Source of the DNA: Parcubacteria group bacterium GW2011_GWA2_42_14
Lineage (GTDB): Bacteria > Patescibacteriota > Minisyncoccia > Sungbacterales > GWA2-42-14
Reading direction: 5' to 3'
NCBI GenBank assembly: GCA_000998135.1
Contig: LCCV01000001.1
Coordinates: forward strand, 8,958 to 72,957
DNA: 64,000 nt
The notes under the pieces were generated by a model. That model made no database searches, had not been told where the DNA came from, and worked only from the letters and a program-made list of their open reading frames with translations. Positions 35,645 to 45,133 of this stretch are shown here, piece after piece. Both the position numbers and the translations under genes were made by a program. The first letter of the stretch is position 1, and every line of letters begins with the position of its first letter.

Positions 35645-36061
35645 ATGATCATGAATGACCTACGTGTTATGGCGGCTCTCGCTGGAATATTCTTTGGTCT
35701 ATGGCCGCTCTTCATGAACCGAAGCGGCCTCACGGGAAACGTGTCATCTGCCGCGTTCTGCGTTGCGGCCTTCATAGGGGTGCTGCCATTCGCTATCAAG
35801 AGCGGCGTGGCATCGCTTGCCACAGCCAATTGGCTGATGGTGGCATTCGCGGGTCTGTTCGGGGCTCTCGGTCTGTTGTCCTTCAATGGCATGCTAGCCG
35901 GATCCTCGATTCAGAACGTCGGAAACATGTTCGTCCTCATGACTGTTGTACAAATCGTCGTGGCGTCGGTGTATCAAGCCATGATGAACGGACACGTGTC
36001 CATCGACAAAATTGGTGGATATGTTGCTGCTGCGATGGCGGCGTACTTGCTACTTCGCTGA
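35645..36061 (+). CDS. Four-TM small membrane protein of the SMR/DMT type, hypothetical.
   Basis: SD aaggagg 5-7 nt upstream. High GC. Overlaps the end of the SemiSWEET gene. Confidence 0.4.
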   Translation: MIMNDLRVMAALAGIFFGLWPLFMNRSGLTGNVSSAAFCVAAFIGVLPFAIKSGVASLATANWLMVAFAGLFGALGLLSFNGMLAGSSIQNVGNMFVLMTVVQIVVASVYQAMMNGHVSIDKIGGYVAAAMAAYLLLR

Positions 36062-36177
36062 ACAACCACCACAATACCGCCGGACAAACCCCTTCGAGGA
36101 AAACCTCAGGGTAAGTCCGGCGGGATTTTCTTTTTCAGACAAACTTAAAATCAAAACTCAAATATCGGCACCGTATT

Positions 36178-36852
36178 CTAATTCCACCTGATTTCCTCTA
36201 TTCCATGCTCTTTTAGATACAGGTTGGCTTTGCTGAAATGCCGGCAACCGAAAAAACCGTTATTCGCGGAAAACGGCGACGGATGCGCGGCTTCAAGCAC
36301 CAGGTGTTTTTTGCGGTCAATTATCATCCCTTTATTTTTTGCGTAGTTGCCCCACAGCATAAAAACGAGGTGTTCGCGCCCACTTGATAATTTTGCGATA
36401 GCGGCGTCGGTAAATTTTTCCCACCCCCTGTTCTGATGCGAACCGGGAATATTTGCCCGAACCGTCAGCGTTGCGTTTAAAAGCAACACCCCCTGTTTTG
36501 CCCAACGCGACAAATCCCCGCCACTCTCAGGGACCATATGGAGGTCTGTTTCAATTTCTTTAAAAATATTTTGTAAGGACGGCGGAAAAGTGATGTGTTC
36601 GTTCACCGCAAAACAAAGTCCATTTGCTTGTTTTGCTCCGTGATAAGGGTCCTGGCCCAAAATAACCACTTTTACCCGGTCATATGGACACATATCAAAT
36701 GCCCGAAATACGTCTTTCGGGTGAGGATAAATCTTATGTTTTACATATTCTTCCCGCACGAAACACGAAAGCTCTTTGAAGTACGGCTTTTCAAACTCCT
36801 CTGTAAGGGCATTTTTCCATAACGGTTCCATGCGTATGGTTGCCACTGTCAT
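36178..36852 (-). CDS. ung: Uracil-DNA glycosylase, family 1.
   Basis: VVILGQDPYHG, GVLLLNATLTV and HPSPFSA motifs are all present. Confidence 0.95.
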   Translation of the reverse strand: MTVATIRMEPLWKNALTEEFEKPYFKELSCFVREEYVKHKIYPHPKDVFRAFDMCPYDRVKVVILGQDPYHGAKQANGLCFAVNEHITFPPSLQNIFKEIETDLHMVPESGGDLSRWAKQGVLLLNATLTVRANIPGSHQNRGWEKFTDAAIAKLSSGREHLVFMLWGNYAKNKGMIIDRKKHLVLEAAHPSPFSANNGFFGCRHFSKANLYLKEHGIEEIRWN

Positions 36853-37029
36853 GGGTTGATTGTAGCGAGAATCATTTTCAATAACAACCCCCTTTATCCC
36901 GAAAATTTGTGAAACGAATAGTCGGAAATTAAAAAACTTTATTAAAAATTATTTGACTTTTGAATAATTGGTTATATAGTGTTTATATAATACGGATATA
37001 TTATTTAACATAAACAGGGGATACAAAAA

Positions 37030-37566
37030 ATGATGGATTGTAAACGGTTCATTGAATACATCTCCTTTGCCGCAACGGCTCATCAAGAAAAAGTATTGCC
37101 TACCGCTAAGGCGCTGCGCACATTTCCAAGCGGAGAAAAGACGCCATATTTTACGCACCCTCTTTGGTGCGCGGTAATGCTTTGGCTTGATTCCGATTTA
37201 CCTGAAAGCATCCGTTACCCCGGCGCAGAAACGCTTCTCTTCCATGATATCCTTGAAGATACGTCAGCGCCGTTGCCGGAAGATATCTCGGACGAAGTAA
37301 AACATCTTGTTCAAGAAATGACATACCAAGGCGGTTTTAACGAAGAAAAAACGGCTGTTCTAACCAAACCGCCTTTAATTCAATTATTAAAGCTCTACGA
37401 TAAAACCGCGACACTATACGATGGCGATATAAAACCGGGAAGAATTCAAGAGTGGACGGAGTTTATGCTGAAACTTATCAATACTGTAGAGCGCGAATAT
37501 GGAACCCTGAATATCGTTCTCTTCGCGCGAGAACTTATCAAAAAATACCGAGCACCAGCTCAATAG
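37030..37566 (+). CDS. HD-domain phosphohydrolase resembling the (p)ppGpp-hydrolase domain of SpoT/RelA (small-alarmone-hydrolase-like).
   Basis: YFTHPLWCAVML...ETLLFHDILEDT matches the H...HD(V/I)xEDT signature. The protein is 178 aa. Confidence 0.5.
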   Translation: MMDCKRFIEYISFAATAHQEKVLPTAKALRTFPSGEKTPYFTHPLWCAVMLWLDSDLPESIRYPGAETLLFHDILEDTSAPLPEDISDEVKHLVQEMTYQGGFNEEKTAVLTKPPLIQLLKLYDKTATLYDGDIKPGRIQEWTEFMLKLINTVEREYGTLNIVLFARELIKKYRAPAQ

Positions 37567-37849
37567 ATGGCCGGGAATACCCGGCTTTTTTTATTCTCCT
37601 TCGCCGAATACCGACCGGCTTGGTTTACTCCGCCGAAGTAGCTTCGCCCGTCCTCCGTCCATCCTTCACAGCCGAAGCGGCTGCTTCGGCGGAGTAGGCC
37701 AGTAGCTCTGCTACGTAGGATGGAGCTACGAAGACTGGGCTGGTCGGAGCTTCATTTCGTCCGCAAGCAATTCGCTTCGCTAACGTGAAGTGAATCCGCG
37801 CCGCTTGTCGGGACTGGATACGAAAACGAAGTGAAAATTTTTTCCAAAA

Positions 37850-37885
37850 AAAATAAAAACCCGTTAGGGTTTTTTGGGTTTAAAT
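37850..37885. terminator. Bidirectional terminator.
   Basis: Sequence aaaaaaaataaaaacccgttagggttttttgggttt. Confidence 0.5.
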
Positions 37886-38997
37886 AGATTAGGAGCGTAT
37901 CGCGCGGAGGGGTGCCACACAATCCATGAATCCATGCCGAGATCGTTTAAAGGACGTATCTGCTCGCGAAACCTCTTGGGATCTTTTTCATATTCCACAA
38001 TCGCGCCCTTTTTTCCTTTAATGCCAATTGTTTTACCTTCTTTGTTTTTGCCGAGCCCGCACCCGTTTATGTTTGGGAGATTAAAGCCCTGAAGCCACAT
38101 GATAAATTCCGTGTTAGCAAAACCCTTCGCATTCAAATACGCGCGTGCCTTCATAGTCGTTTTTCTATAAATAACATAGGGAACATAACTCGGGTCAGGA
38201 GCTTCATCATTACACGAATAGTGGGTGGGATAAGCCATACAGGAAATAATAAAGCCGTATAACGCGAAATCATCAAGATATTGCCCGACGCCCGGCTCAA
38301 AGCCGTAACATGCATAACCGAAAACCGATGCCGCAAGCGGTACATCAGGATACTCTTTACGAATCCCCGTAACCATCCTTCCGAGAAACAAATTCATTAC
38401 GCGCCGCTTCTCAACATTGCGTTCGTGTGAGGGATCGCCTGCGCGTTTTTTGGGGGCCGGAGGATATTTCGTATCCCGCGTATTACCGTCGCGCGGAGAA
38501 GGAAGCCGGATATAGTCAAAATTCAGAGAATCACAGCCGTCGCGGATTGCGCGAAGCGACACCTCAATAATATAGTCCGATGTTCCTTCAAGCGCCGGAT
38601 CAAGATATTTGCTTCCGCGCCTATCGGTCCATGCGCGTCCCTGCCTCGACATGCTTTTGAGCGTCAAACCCGCACCGTTCTGGCTTTTCGCGTAAACATT
38701 ATCTTTAAGGGCCACAATCCGGCACATAATGCCAGCACCGCTTGCCCGAAATGGAGCAATAAGTTTCTTAAAATAATCCCTTGACACTTCAATTCCGTTA
38801 TCATCTTTTTTATCAATAACTATTGTATTGATTTCGGTTTTTTTGAGAAGCTCAACAAGATTCGCGATCCGGCCACTATCGCCGAATTTATTTGACCCGT
38901 AATACACTCCCCTTACCGGTTCATTCGCCAAAGCGGCTGCCCCGCCGAATAATGTTATGAACGCGGCGGCAACAACAGCCGAGATTTTCACCTTCAT
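37864..38997 (-). CDS. Secreted protein, putative glycoside-hydrolase-like (GHL10/DUF4015-type).
   Basis: Signal peptide MKVKISAVVAAAFITLFGGAAALA, a (beta/alpha)-barrel-like composition, and GC higher than the genome average. Confidence 0.35.
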   Translation of the reverse strand: MKVKISAVVAAAFITLFGGAAALANEPVRGVYYGSNKFGDSGRIANLVELLKKTEINTIVIDKKDDNGIEVSRDYFKKLIAPFRASGAGIMCRIVALKDNVYAKSQNGAGLTLKSMSRQGRAWTDRRGSKYLDPALEGTSDYIIEVSLRAIRDGCDSLNFDYIRLPSPRDGNTRDTKYPPAPKKRAGDPSHERNVEKRRVMNLFLGRMVTGIRKEYPDVPLAASVFGYACYGFEPGVGQYLDDFALYGFIISCMAYPTHYSCNDEAPDPSYVPYVIYRKTTMKARAYLNAKGFANTEFIMWLQGFNLPNINGCGLGKNKEGKTIGIKGKKGAIVEYEKDPKRFREQIRPLNDLGMDSWIVWHPSARYAPNLFKPKKP

Positions 38998-39536
38998 AAG
39001 CCGTGCGCCTCCTTCGAGGTATAAGATGTCTTTTTCAAAAAGCAAAATACTTATTAATATAGTAAACATTTAAGGATACTTTTCAAGTGCGAAAAAATTA
39101 AGGGGCCGGAAAACCCCCATCAAAAAATAAATATCGGCATTTCTTCATTTTTTTAAAGAGCTTAGTGAATAATGCATAAAATCGTTACTTTTCGATCGGC
39201 CACCGAAAGCGGCGAGTCGATAGTTCGATAAACTCACCACAGGGAAATACACATAAAACGTAAACTTTTCGACTTCGCTTTGCCTCGCTCGAAGAATAAA
39301 ATGCGGCAAAATTCAATTATTCACCAAACTCCGGACGCTAAATTGACATCCTCCAAAAAATATGCAATAATAGAAAACTATCGGCTCATCCGGGCCGTAT
39401 TTGTTTGAAGATATAAATATGAATCCAGTTAGAGGCCGCGGTCGCAGGCTATTCTTACGGGAACTTAAATAGTTTTAACAAAAATCATGGTATAAAAGAC
39501 AGGCTCCGCGTCTGACCGCGACCTGCCTCTAACGGG

Positions 39537-41354
39537 ATGAACATCAGAAACGTCGCAATTATCGCCCATGTTGACCACGGCAAAACTACTCTTGTCGATT
39601 CTTTGCTTAGGCAGTCAAAAACAAAGCTTTCCAAGGAAAACGCGGAACGCGAATTCATTATGGATTCAAACGAACTGGAACGGGAACGCGGCATTACCAT
39701 ATTTTCAAAAAATGCTTCCGTGGAATGGCGGGGAACAAAAATAAATATTATTGACACGCCGGGACACGCGGACTTCGGAGGCGAGGTTGAACGGGTGCTT
39801 TCCATGGCCGACGGATGCCTCCTTTTGGTGGATGCCAAAGAAGGGCCCATGCCGCAAACCCGATTCGTTTTAAAACAAGCGCTTGCTAAAAAACACCGCA
39901 TCATTGTGGTAATCAATAAAATAGACAGGCCCGATGCCCGTCCCGATTTTGTTTTGAACAAAACATTTGACCTTTTCGTGGAACTCGGCGCGAGCGACGC
40001 TATTGCCGATTTTCCGGTTATTTACGCCTCGGCCAAACAAGGAAAAGCGGGCCAGTCCCCCATTTTGAATTCCATGACCGATATTTCTCCGATATTTGAG
40101 GCCATCCTTGAATATATTCCCGCTCCGGAAGCAAATGAATCAGCTCCGCTTCAAATGCTTATCACCACAATCAGCGGAGATGTTTTCAAGGGCAGAATCG
40201 CGACCGGCAGAATCGCTAACGGCATTCTTAAAGCAAACCAGGATGTCGTGCATATTTCGCGCTCGGGCGTTATGAAAAAATACCGCCCGCCTTCGGTCAT
40301 GACATTCACGGGACTGGAGCGGATTGACGCCAAAGAAGTAAGGGCAGGAGATATTGCGGCAATTTCCGGAATTCCCGATATCACCATCGGCGAAACAATT
40401 GCCGACCCCGATAATCCTTCGGCCCTGCCCCTTTTAAAAATTGAAGAGCCGACGGTCAAAATGAATTTCAGCGTAAACGATTCTCCGTTTTGCGGAAAAG
40501 AGGGGGAATTCAGCACTTCCCGCCAAATACGCGAAAGATTGTATCGAGAATTGGAAATAGACACGGCGCTTTTGGTTGAAGACGCTCCAAATGGAAACTG
40601 GATTGTATCGGGCAGAGGAGAACTGCACCTGGCAATTTTAATAGAACGGATGCGAAGAGAAGGATATGAATTTCAGGTATCGCGCCCGCGAGTTATTACC
40701 AAAGAAACTGACGGAAAAATAATGACTCCATACGAACAGGCCTTCATTGAAGTACCGGAAGCGTATAACGGAATCATCATCCAAAAACTCGGGGCAAGGC
40801 ACGGAGAAATTCAGGACATGAGAAGCGAAGAAGGAATAACGTTCCTTGAATTTTTGATTCCTACACAAGGGCTTTTGGGATACCGCTCTGAATTTCTGAC
40901 CGATACCAAGGGTCTCGGAATTTTAAATACGATATTTTACGGATACAAAGAAGACCCGGGCGGATGGAAAGAACGAAACCAAGGGTCTCTAGTGGCGCAC
41001 GAAACAGGAGTTACCAACATGTACGGCCTCATAAACGTGCAGGACCGCGGAGTACTTTTTCTGGGGCCGGCGATAAATGTATATAAAGGACAGGTAGTGG
41101 GACAAAACTCCAGAAGCAATGATTTAAGCGTGAATGTGTGCAAAACAAAAGAACTTTCCAATATGCGTTCAAGAAATGACGCGGCCGCGGAACACTTCAA
41201 CACTCCCCGCGACATGGACCTTGAAGACGCGCTTGAATACATCGGGGACGACGAGCTGGTAGAAGTTACGCCCAAAACCGTTCGCATAAGAAAAATGGTT
41301 CTTGATGAAGCCGATGAAAAAAGAAAAAAAGCATTGGGGTTAATCTCACGTTAA
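39537..41354 (+). CDS. typA: Ribosome-associated GTPase TypA/BipA.
   Basis: RNVAIIAHVDHGKTTLVD (G1), DTPGHADF (G3), NKID (G4), and an EF-G-like C-terminus. Confidence 0.95.
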   Translation: MNIRNVAIIAHVDHGKTTLVDSLLRQSKTKLSKENAEREFIMDSNELERERGITIFSKNASVEWRGTKINIIDTPGHADFGGEVERVLSMADGCLLLVDAKEGPMPQTRFVLKQALAKKHRIIVVINKIDRPDARPDFVLNKTFDLFVELGASDAIADFPVIYASAKQGKAGQSPILNSMTDISPIFEAILEYIPAPEANESAPLQMLITTISGDVFKGRIATGRIANGILKANQDVVHISRSGVMKKYRPPSVMTFTGLERIDAKEVRAGDIAAISGIPDITIGETIADPDNPSALPLLKIEEPTVKMNFSVNDSPFCGKEGEFSTSRQIRERLYRELEIDTALLVEDAPNGNWIVSGRGELHLAILIERMRREGYEFQVSRPRVITKETDGKIMTPYEQAFIEVPEAYNGIIIQKLGARHGEIQDMRSEEGITFLEFLIPTQGLLGYRSEFLTDTKGLGILNTIFYGYKEDPGGWKERNQGSLVAHETGVTNMYGLINVQDRGVLFLGPAINVYKGQVVGQNSRSNDLSVNVCKTKELSNMRSRNDAAAEHFNTPRDMDLEDALEYIGDDELVEVTPKTVRIRKMVLDEADEKRKKALGLISR

Positions 41355-41494
41355 TAAAACAAAGGGGCTTGTCTGAATCGGAATTTTGGAAAAAATGGCT
41401 GGAATAGAAAACTTTAACAAAACGCCCCCTTGACATTAAAAATAAATCCTATACACTTGAACTTACAATAGTTCTTTGCTCCTATAAAAGGAAA

Positions 41495-41719
41495 ATGGGC
41501 GCCATGGAAGCAAGGTGGCACTTCCACCCGGAAACCGGACTTGAGGTTTTTGGAACTCTCATTGAAAAAGGAACTCGGCTCGAAAAAGATGATGTATATG
41601 ATTCCACCAGCGGCAAATGGGAAAAATGCCCTTGTCCGGGAGCCGTCCTGCAAACATCAGAACCGAATGTTATTTGGATAAGGCCATGTTCTCCACGAAA
41701 ACCCGAGCAAGCCAATTAA
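41495..41719 (+). CDS. Small Cys-containing hypothetical protein.
   Basis: A 74-aa ORF followed by a terminator at 41740-41768. Confidence 0.3.
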   Translation: MGAMEARWHFHPETGLEVFGTLIEKGTRLEKDDVYDSTSGKWEKCPCPGAVLQTSEPNVIWIRPCSPRKPEQAN

Positions 41720-41774
41720 TTTTTCATTTAGTTTTCTATAATACCCGCCAAAACACCGGCGGGTTTTTCTTTTT

Positions 41775-41832
41775 ATAAAAACTGTCTTTGTTTTGTTTCA
41801 ATGTATTAATACATTGAAACAAAACAAAAAAC
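41775..41832. repeat. Long perfect palindrome.
   Basis: Sequence tttgttttgtttcaatgtattaa|ttaatacattgaaacaaaacaaa. A second palindrome, ttgtatcaatatactgataca, lies at 41855-41876. Confidence 0.6.
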
Positions 41833-41942
41833 CTGACAAAGATTCAAAATAGTTTTTGTATCAATATACTGATACACTGATACAAAGAAAAAATATAAAG
41901 AACTGCTTTTTTTAACATGCATTTTAATGTAAATTATAAATA

Positions 41943-43088
41943 ATGGGCATTTTAAAAAACATTTTAATACCGGCTTCGGCTATTTTTGTTTTGGGCGTTT
42001 TATTGGTTATGAATTTACTGAAACCCTCACCGAACATATCTTCCTTGTCCGAAACTCATAATATAACAAAAATTCTACAAGAAGAAACAAAGCAAACGCC
42101 AATTTTCGGTTCTGATACCGCGCCAACTCCGCAGAAACCGCTATCAACAACAAAACCTTATCCCCTGCCGCAACCCACGCCTCCAAAAACTTCAAAAATT
42201 AAAACACCGCAAGCCATTATTGCTCCAAAACCAACACCGCCGGCGTCAATACCATCGGCCATATTGCCGTTACCATTGGAAATTTCTGCTCTTATACCAA
42301 CAATAGTTGAAATGCCATCTGCGCCAACACCAGCACCACCAACAATTACTCCGGTAAACGAAGATGATTTAATGAGTTCAATAGTAAGAATCCGCTGCGG
42401 AAACATTTTTGGCTCCGGTTTTTCCGTAAACCCCAAAGGCCTTGTGCTTAGCGTAGCCCATGTGGTAATTGAAGCTATTGAGAAGGGCGGGGAAACCTGC
42501 GATATTATTTTTCCGGCAAAACACCCGAGTTTCGGATTTTATTCCGAGGCCCATTATAGAAAAGGGGCAATACTCTTGCCCCATGAAACAAAAAAACTTT
42601 ATAAAGAACAAGCGCTTGATGTGGCATTGCTTCAAACATCCTTTCTTGAAAATGACCCTGTTTTTCCGCAATCCTTTCCTTATATAAATTATCCTTTTTG
42701 CGAACCAGATACATTGGGAGACAAAATTCTTCTTTTTGGTTATGCGGCTAATTTGGGAACAAGCGCCATATCCCCCGGCTCAATATTGTCGCGCTTCAAA
42801 GGAGAAGTTCTGCAATACGAAGACATAACCGGAGTAAAACCGGATTATTTTCCGGAATCCGCAGGCACGCTGGATGATTCAATACAGCACCCTATAACCA
42901 TAATTTTCAGCAATAATAATTTTTCCGGAGCATCCGGAGGCCTTGTTTTCAACATTTCAAAAAATTGCATCGTCGGGGCGAATAGCGCCGTAGGAATTGT
43001 TTCCGGAGACCCGAAAGTATACGGCTTTATATTTAATTTCAATTTTCCTCAAGTAAAAAATTGGATTGGGCCGTTTCTCAATCAGTAA
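41943..43088 (+). CDS. Secreted trypsin-like serine protease with a Pro-rich linker.
   Basis: N-terminal TM, a PTPPKTSK-rich linker, LSVAHVV (His), and GASGGLVF (the catalytic Ser box). Confidence 0.55.
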   Translation: MGILKNILIPASAIFVLGVLLVMNLLKPSPNISSLSETHNITKILQEETKQTPIFGSDTAPTPQKPLSTTKPYPLPQPTPPKTSKIKTPQAIIAPKPTPPASIPSAILPLPLEISALIPTIVEMPSAPTPAPPTITPVNEDDLMSSIVRIRCGNIFGSGFSVNPKGLVLSVAHVVIEAIEKGGETCDIIFPAKHPSFGFYSEAHYRKGAILLPHETKKLYKEQALDVALLQTSFLENDPVFPQSFPYINYPFCEPDTLGDKILLFGYAANLGTSAISPGSILSRFKGEVLQYEDITGVKPDYFPESAGTLDDSIQHPITIIFSNNNFSGASGGLVFNISKNCIVGANSAVGIVSGDPKVYGFIFNFNFPQVKNWIGPFLNQ

Positions 43089-43191
43089 ATTCAAAAAGCT
43101 AAACCCTACCCGTCTCTTTAAATTTAATTGCTTTCTATCAAATACCTGCTAATATCGAAAACAGTAGCTTTCCAACAGAATTATATCGGTC

Positions 43192-43785
43192 ATGACCGAA
43201 ATCCGCTACGCCACCACTAATCAGGCCAAGGTTTTGTCGCTCAAGCGAAGAATCGAAAAATACGCTATAAAAATAATCCAGATTCCCCTAAAAATGCCCG
43301 AACCGCGCTCGTACGACGTAGAAGAAATCGCCAAGGCCAAAATAGAATTTGCCTACAAGCAAATCAGAAAACCTGTGGTGGTGCTTGATGCAGGATTTTA
43401 TATTCCTTCATTAAACGGGTTTCCGAGAGCATTTGTTAATTTCGCGCTTGATACGATAGACATAGAGGGAATTTTGAAACTTGTTGAAAACAAGCCGCGC
43501 TCCTGCGAATTTGTGGAATGCCTTGCCTATCACGACGCTTCGCTAAGCGAACCGAAATTATTCACTGCCAAAATCAAGGGCGAGCTTTCCGATTCTCCGG
43601 CCGGAACAATACAACCGCATCAATGGTCAAAATTAAGTCTAATATTCATTCCCCTGGGCCACGACAAAACGCTTGCCGAAATGTCCAAAGAAGAATATCT
43701 CAACTGGTCAGACGTAACCCTTAAAGAATCGGCATCAAAAATGTTCATTGATTGGTTTATAAAATCTGGAAATTATTCCGGTTAA
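43192..43785 (+). CDS. Non-canonical purine NTP pyrophosphatase (Ham1/RdgB family), divergent.
   Basis: IRYATTNQAKV corresponds to ATGNxGK and VVLDAGFYIPSLNGFPRAFV to DDSGL..AL.G.PG..S.R. Confidence 0.45.
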   Translation: MTEIRYATTNQAKVLSLKRRIEKYAIKIIQIPLKMPEPRSYDVEEIAKAKIEFAYKQIRKPVVVLDAGFYIPSLNGFPRAFVNFALDTIDIEGILKLVENKPRSCEFVECLAYHDASLSEPKLFTAKIKGELSDSPAGTIQPHQWSKLSLIFIPLGHDKTLAEMSKEEYLNWSDVTLKESASKMFIDWFIKSGNYSG

Positions 43786-43789
43786 TTAA

Positions 43790-43826
43790 TATTGCCCGTC
43801 GTAAAAAAGACGGGCTTTTGAATCTT
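43790..43826 (+). terminator. Intrinsic terminator.
   Basis: Stem cccgtc-gtaaaaaa-gacggg followed by cttttg. Confidence 0.5.
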
Positions 43827-43979
43827 TTTAATTTGACTTTCAAACGAATATAAGTTAATTTTACTGTATTACGTAAAAATTAAATTAAAAGGATTAGCGT
43901 CTGAATCAGCGGTAATTAACGCCAATCAGCGCCTAATCCGCATATTTTTATACAAAAACGGTATCGCACAAATCAATAT

Positions 43980-44477
43980 ATAAGAATATCGCCCGTTCAG
44001 GTAATTGATGAAAGCGGAAAAAATCTCGGTGTCATGGACACTTACGAGGCCTTGCGCATTGCGCAGGAACGAGGCCTTGACTTGATTGAAATTGCCCCGA
44101 CCGTAAGACCGCCGGTTTGCAAAATCATGGATTTCGGCAAATTCAAATATCAGCGCGAGAAAGGAGAACGGGAGCACGGAAAAAAACAAAAAGAAACGGA
44201 AATAAAATCGCTCCGCATCGGATTTACCACGGGCAAACACGATCTGGAATTAAGGGCGAAACAGGCTGAAAAATTTTTAGCAGAAGGCGATAAGGTAAAA
44301 ATAGACATGATCCTTCGCGGCAGAGAAAAATCACTCAGGGACTTTGCCCAGAAAAAATTCGGTCAGTTCCTGGAAATGATTCCTGAAAAAGAATTAGAAC
44401 AAGCATTAAAAAGAACGCCTCAGGGATTTATTGCGATAATAAAACCACAAATAAAAACACGAATTTCTCACGAATAA
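43980..44477 (+). CDS. infC: Translation initiation factor IF-3, with a non-AUG (AUA/AUU) start.
   Basis: ISPVQVIDESGKNLGVMDTYEALRIAQERGLDLIEIAP...PPVCKIMDFGKF matches the IF3 N- and C-domains. The frame is open back to 43920 with no in-frame ATG upstream, so an ATA at 43980/43986 or an ATT at 43944 is the likely start, as in the classical infC autoregulation case. Confidence 0.8.
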   Translation: MRISPVQVIDESGKNLGVMDTYEALRIAQERGLDLIEIAPTVRPPVCKIMDFGKFKYQREKGEREHGKKQKETEIKSLRIGFTTGKHDLELRAKQAEKFLAEGDKVKIDMILRGREKSLRDFAQKKFGQFLEMIPEKELEQALKRTPQGFIAIIKPQIKTRISHE

Positions 44478-44523
44478 CACAAAAGCTTTAATTCGTAAGA
44501 TTCGCAAAAAAAATTGTGATTGA

Positions 44524-44715
44524 TTGATGGCCAAAGGCAAACCTAACAAATCCATTCTAAAGCGAATAAGGTTTTCCAAGGGAGGAAAAATTTCCAAACG
44601 GAAGGCCGGTTTGAATCATTTTAACGCCAAAGCGTCTAGATGCTCCCAGCACCGGAAAAACCAGCCCGCGACTTTTTCAAAAGCGTTTGAGAGAAAAATT
44701 AAACAGATGATATAA
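44524..44715 (+). CDS. rpmI: Ribosomal protein L35.
   Basis: A 63-aa, highly basic protein (KGKPNKSILKRIRFSKGGKISKRKAG) in the conserved infC-rpmI-rplT gene order. Confidence 0.85.
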   Translation: MMAKGKPNKSILKRIRFSKGGKISKRKAGLNHFNAKASRCSQHRKNQPATFSKAFERKIKQMI

Positions 44716-44785
44716 CCGACAACCAACAGCCAACAACCAACAACACAAAAAGTTGTAAGTTGTAAGTTGTAAGTTGTAAGTTGTT

Positions 44786-45133
44786 TTGACACGAGTTAAA
44801 CGAGGAGTAATTGCCCACAAAAGAAGAGAAAAACTGCTGAAACACGCCAAGGGTTTCATGTGGGGCAGAAAATCAAAAGAACGGCTGGCAAGAGAAGCCC
44901 TGCTCCACGCTTGGTCCAATAAATTTGCCGGAAGAAAGCTTAAAAAAAGAGACATGCGGTCCTTATGGCAGATTAAAATAAACGCGGGCGTTCGCGAACA
45001 TGGCTTAAATTACAGCCGGTTTATCCATAAATTAAAAACAAAGAATATTCAGCTTGATAGAAAAATCCTGGCAGACTTAGCAGAAAACTATCCGGCTGTA
45101 TTCAAAAAAGTGGTTGAGGCCACAACAAAATAA
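44786..45133 (+). CDS. rplT: Ribosomal protein L20, with a TTG start directly abutting a tandem repeat.
   Basis: (M)TRVKRGVIAHKRREKLLKHAKGF is the L20 N-terminus. No SD is present; the gene is preceded by (ttgtaag)n. Confidence 0.9.
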   Translation: MTRVKRGVIAHKRREKLLKHAKGFMWGRKSKERLAREALLHAWSNKFAGRKLKKRDMRSLWQIKINAGVREHGLNYSRFIHKLKTKNIQLDRKILADLAENYPAVFKKVVEATTK

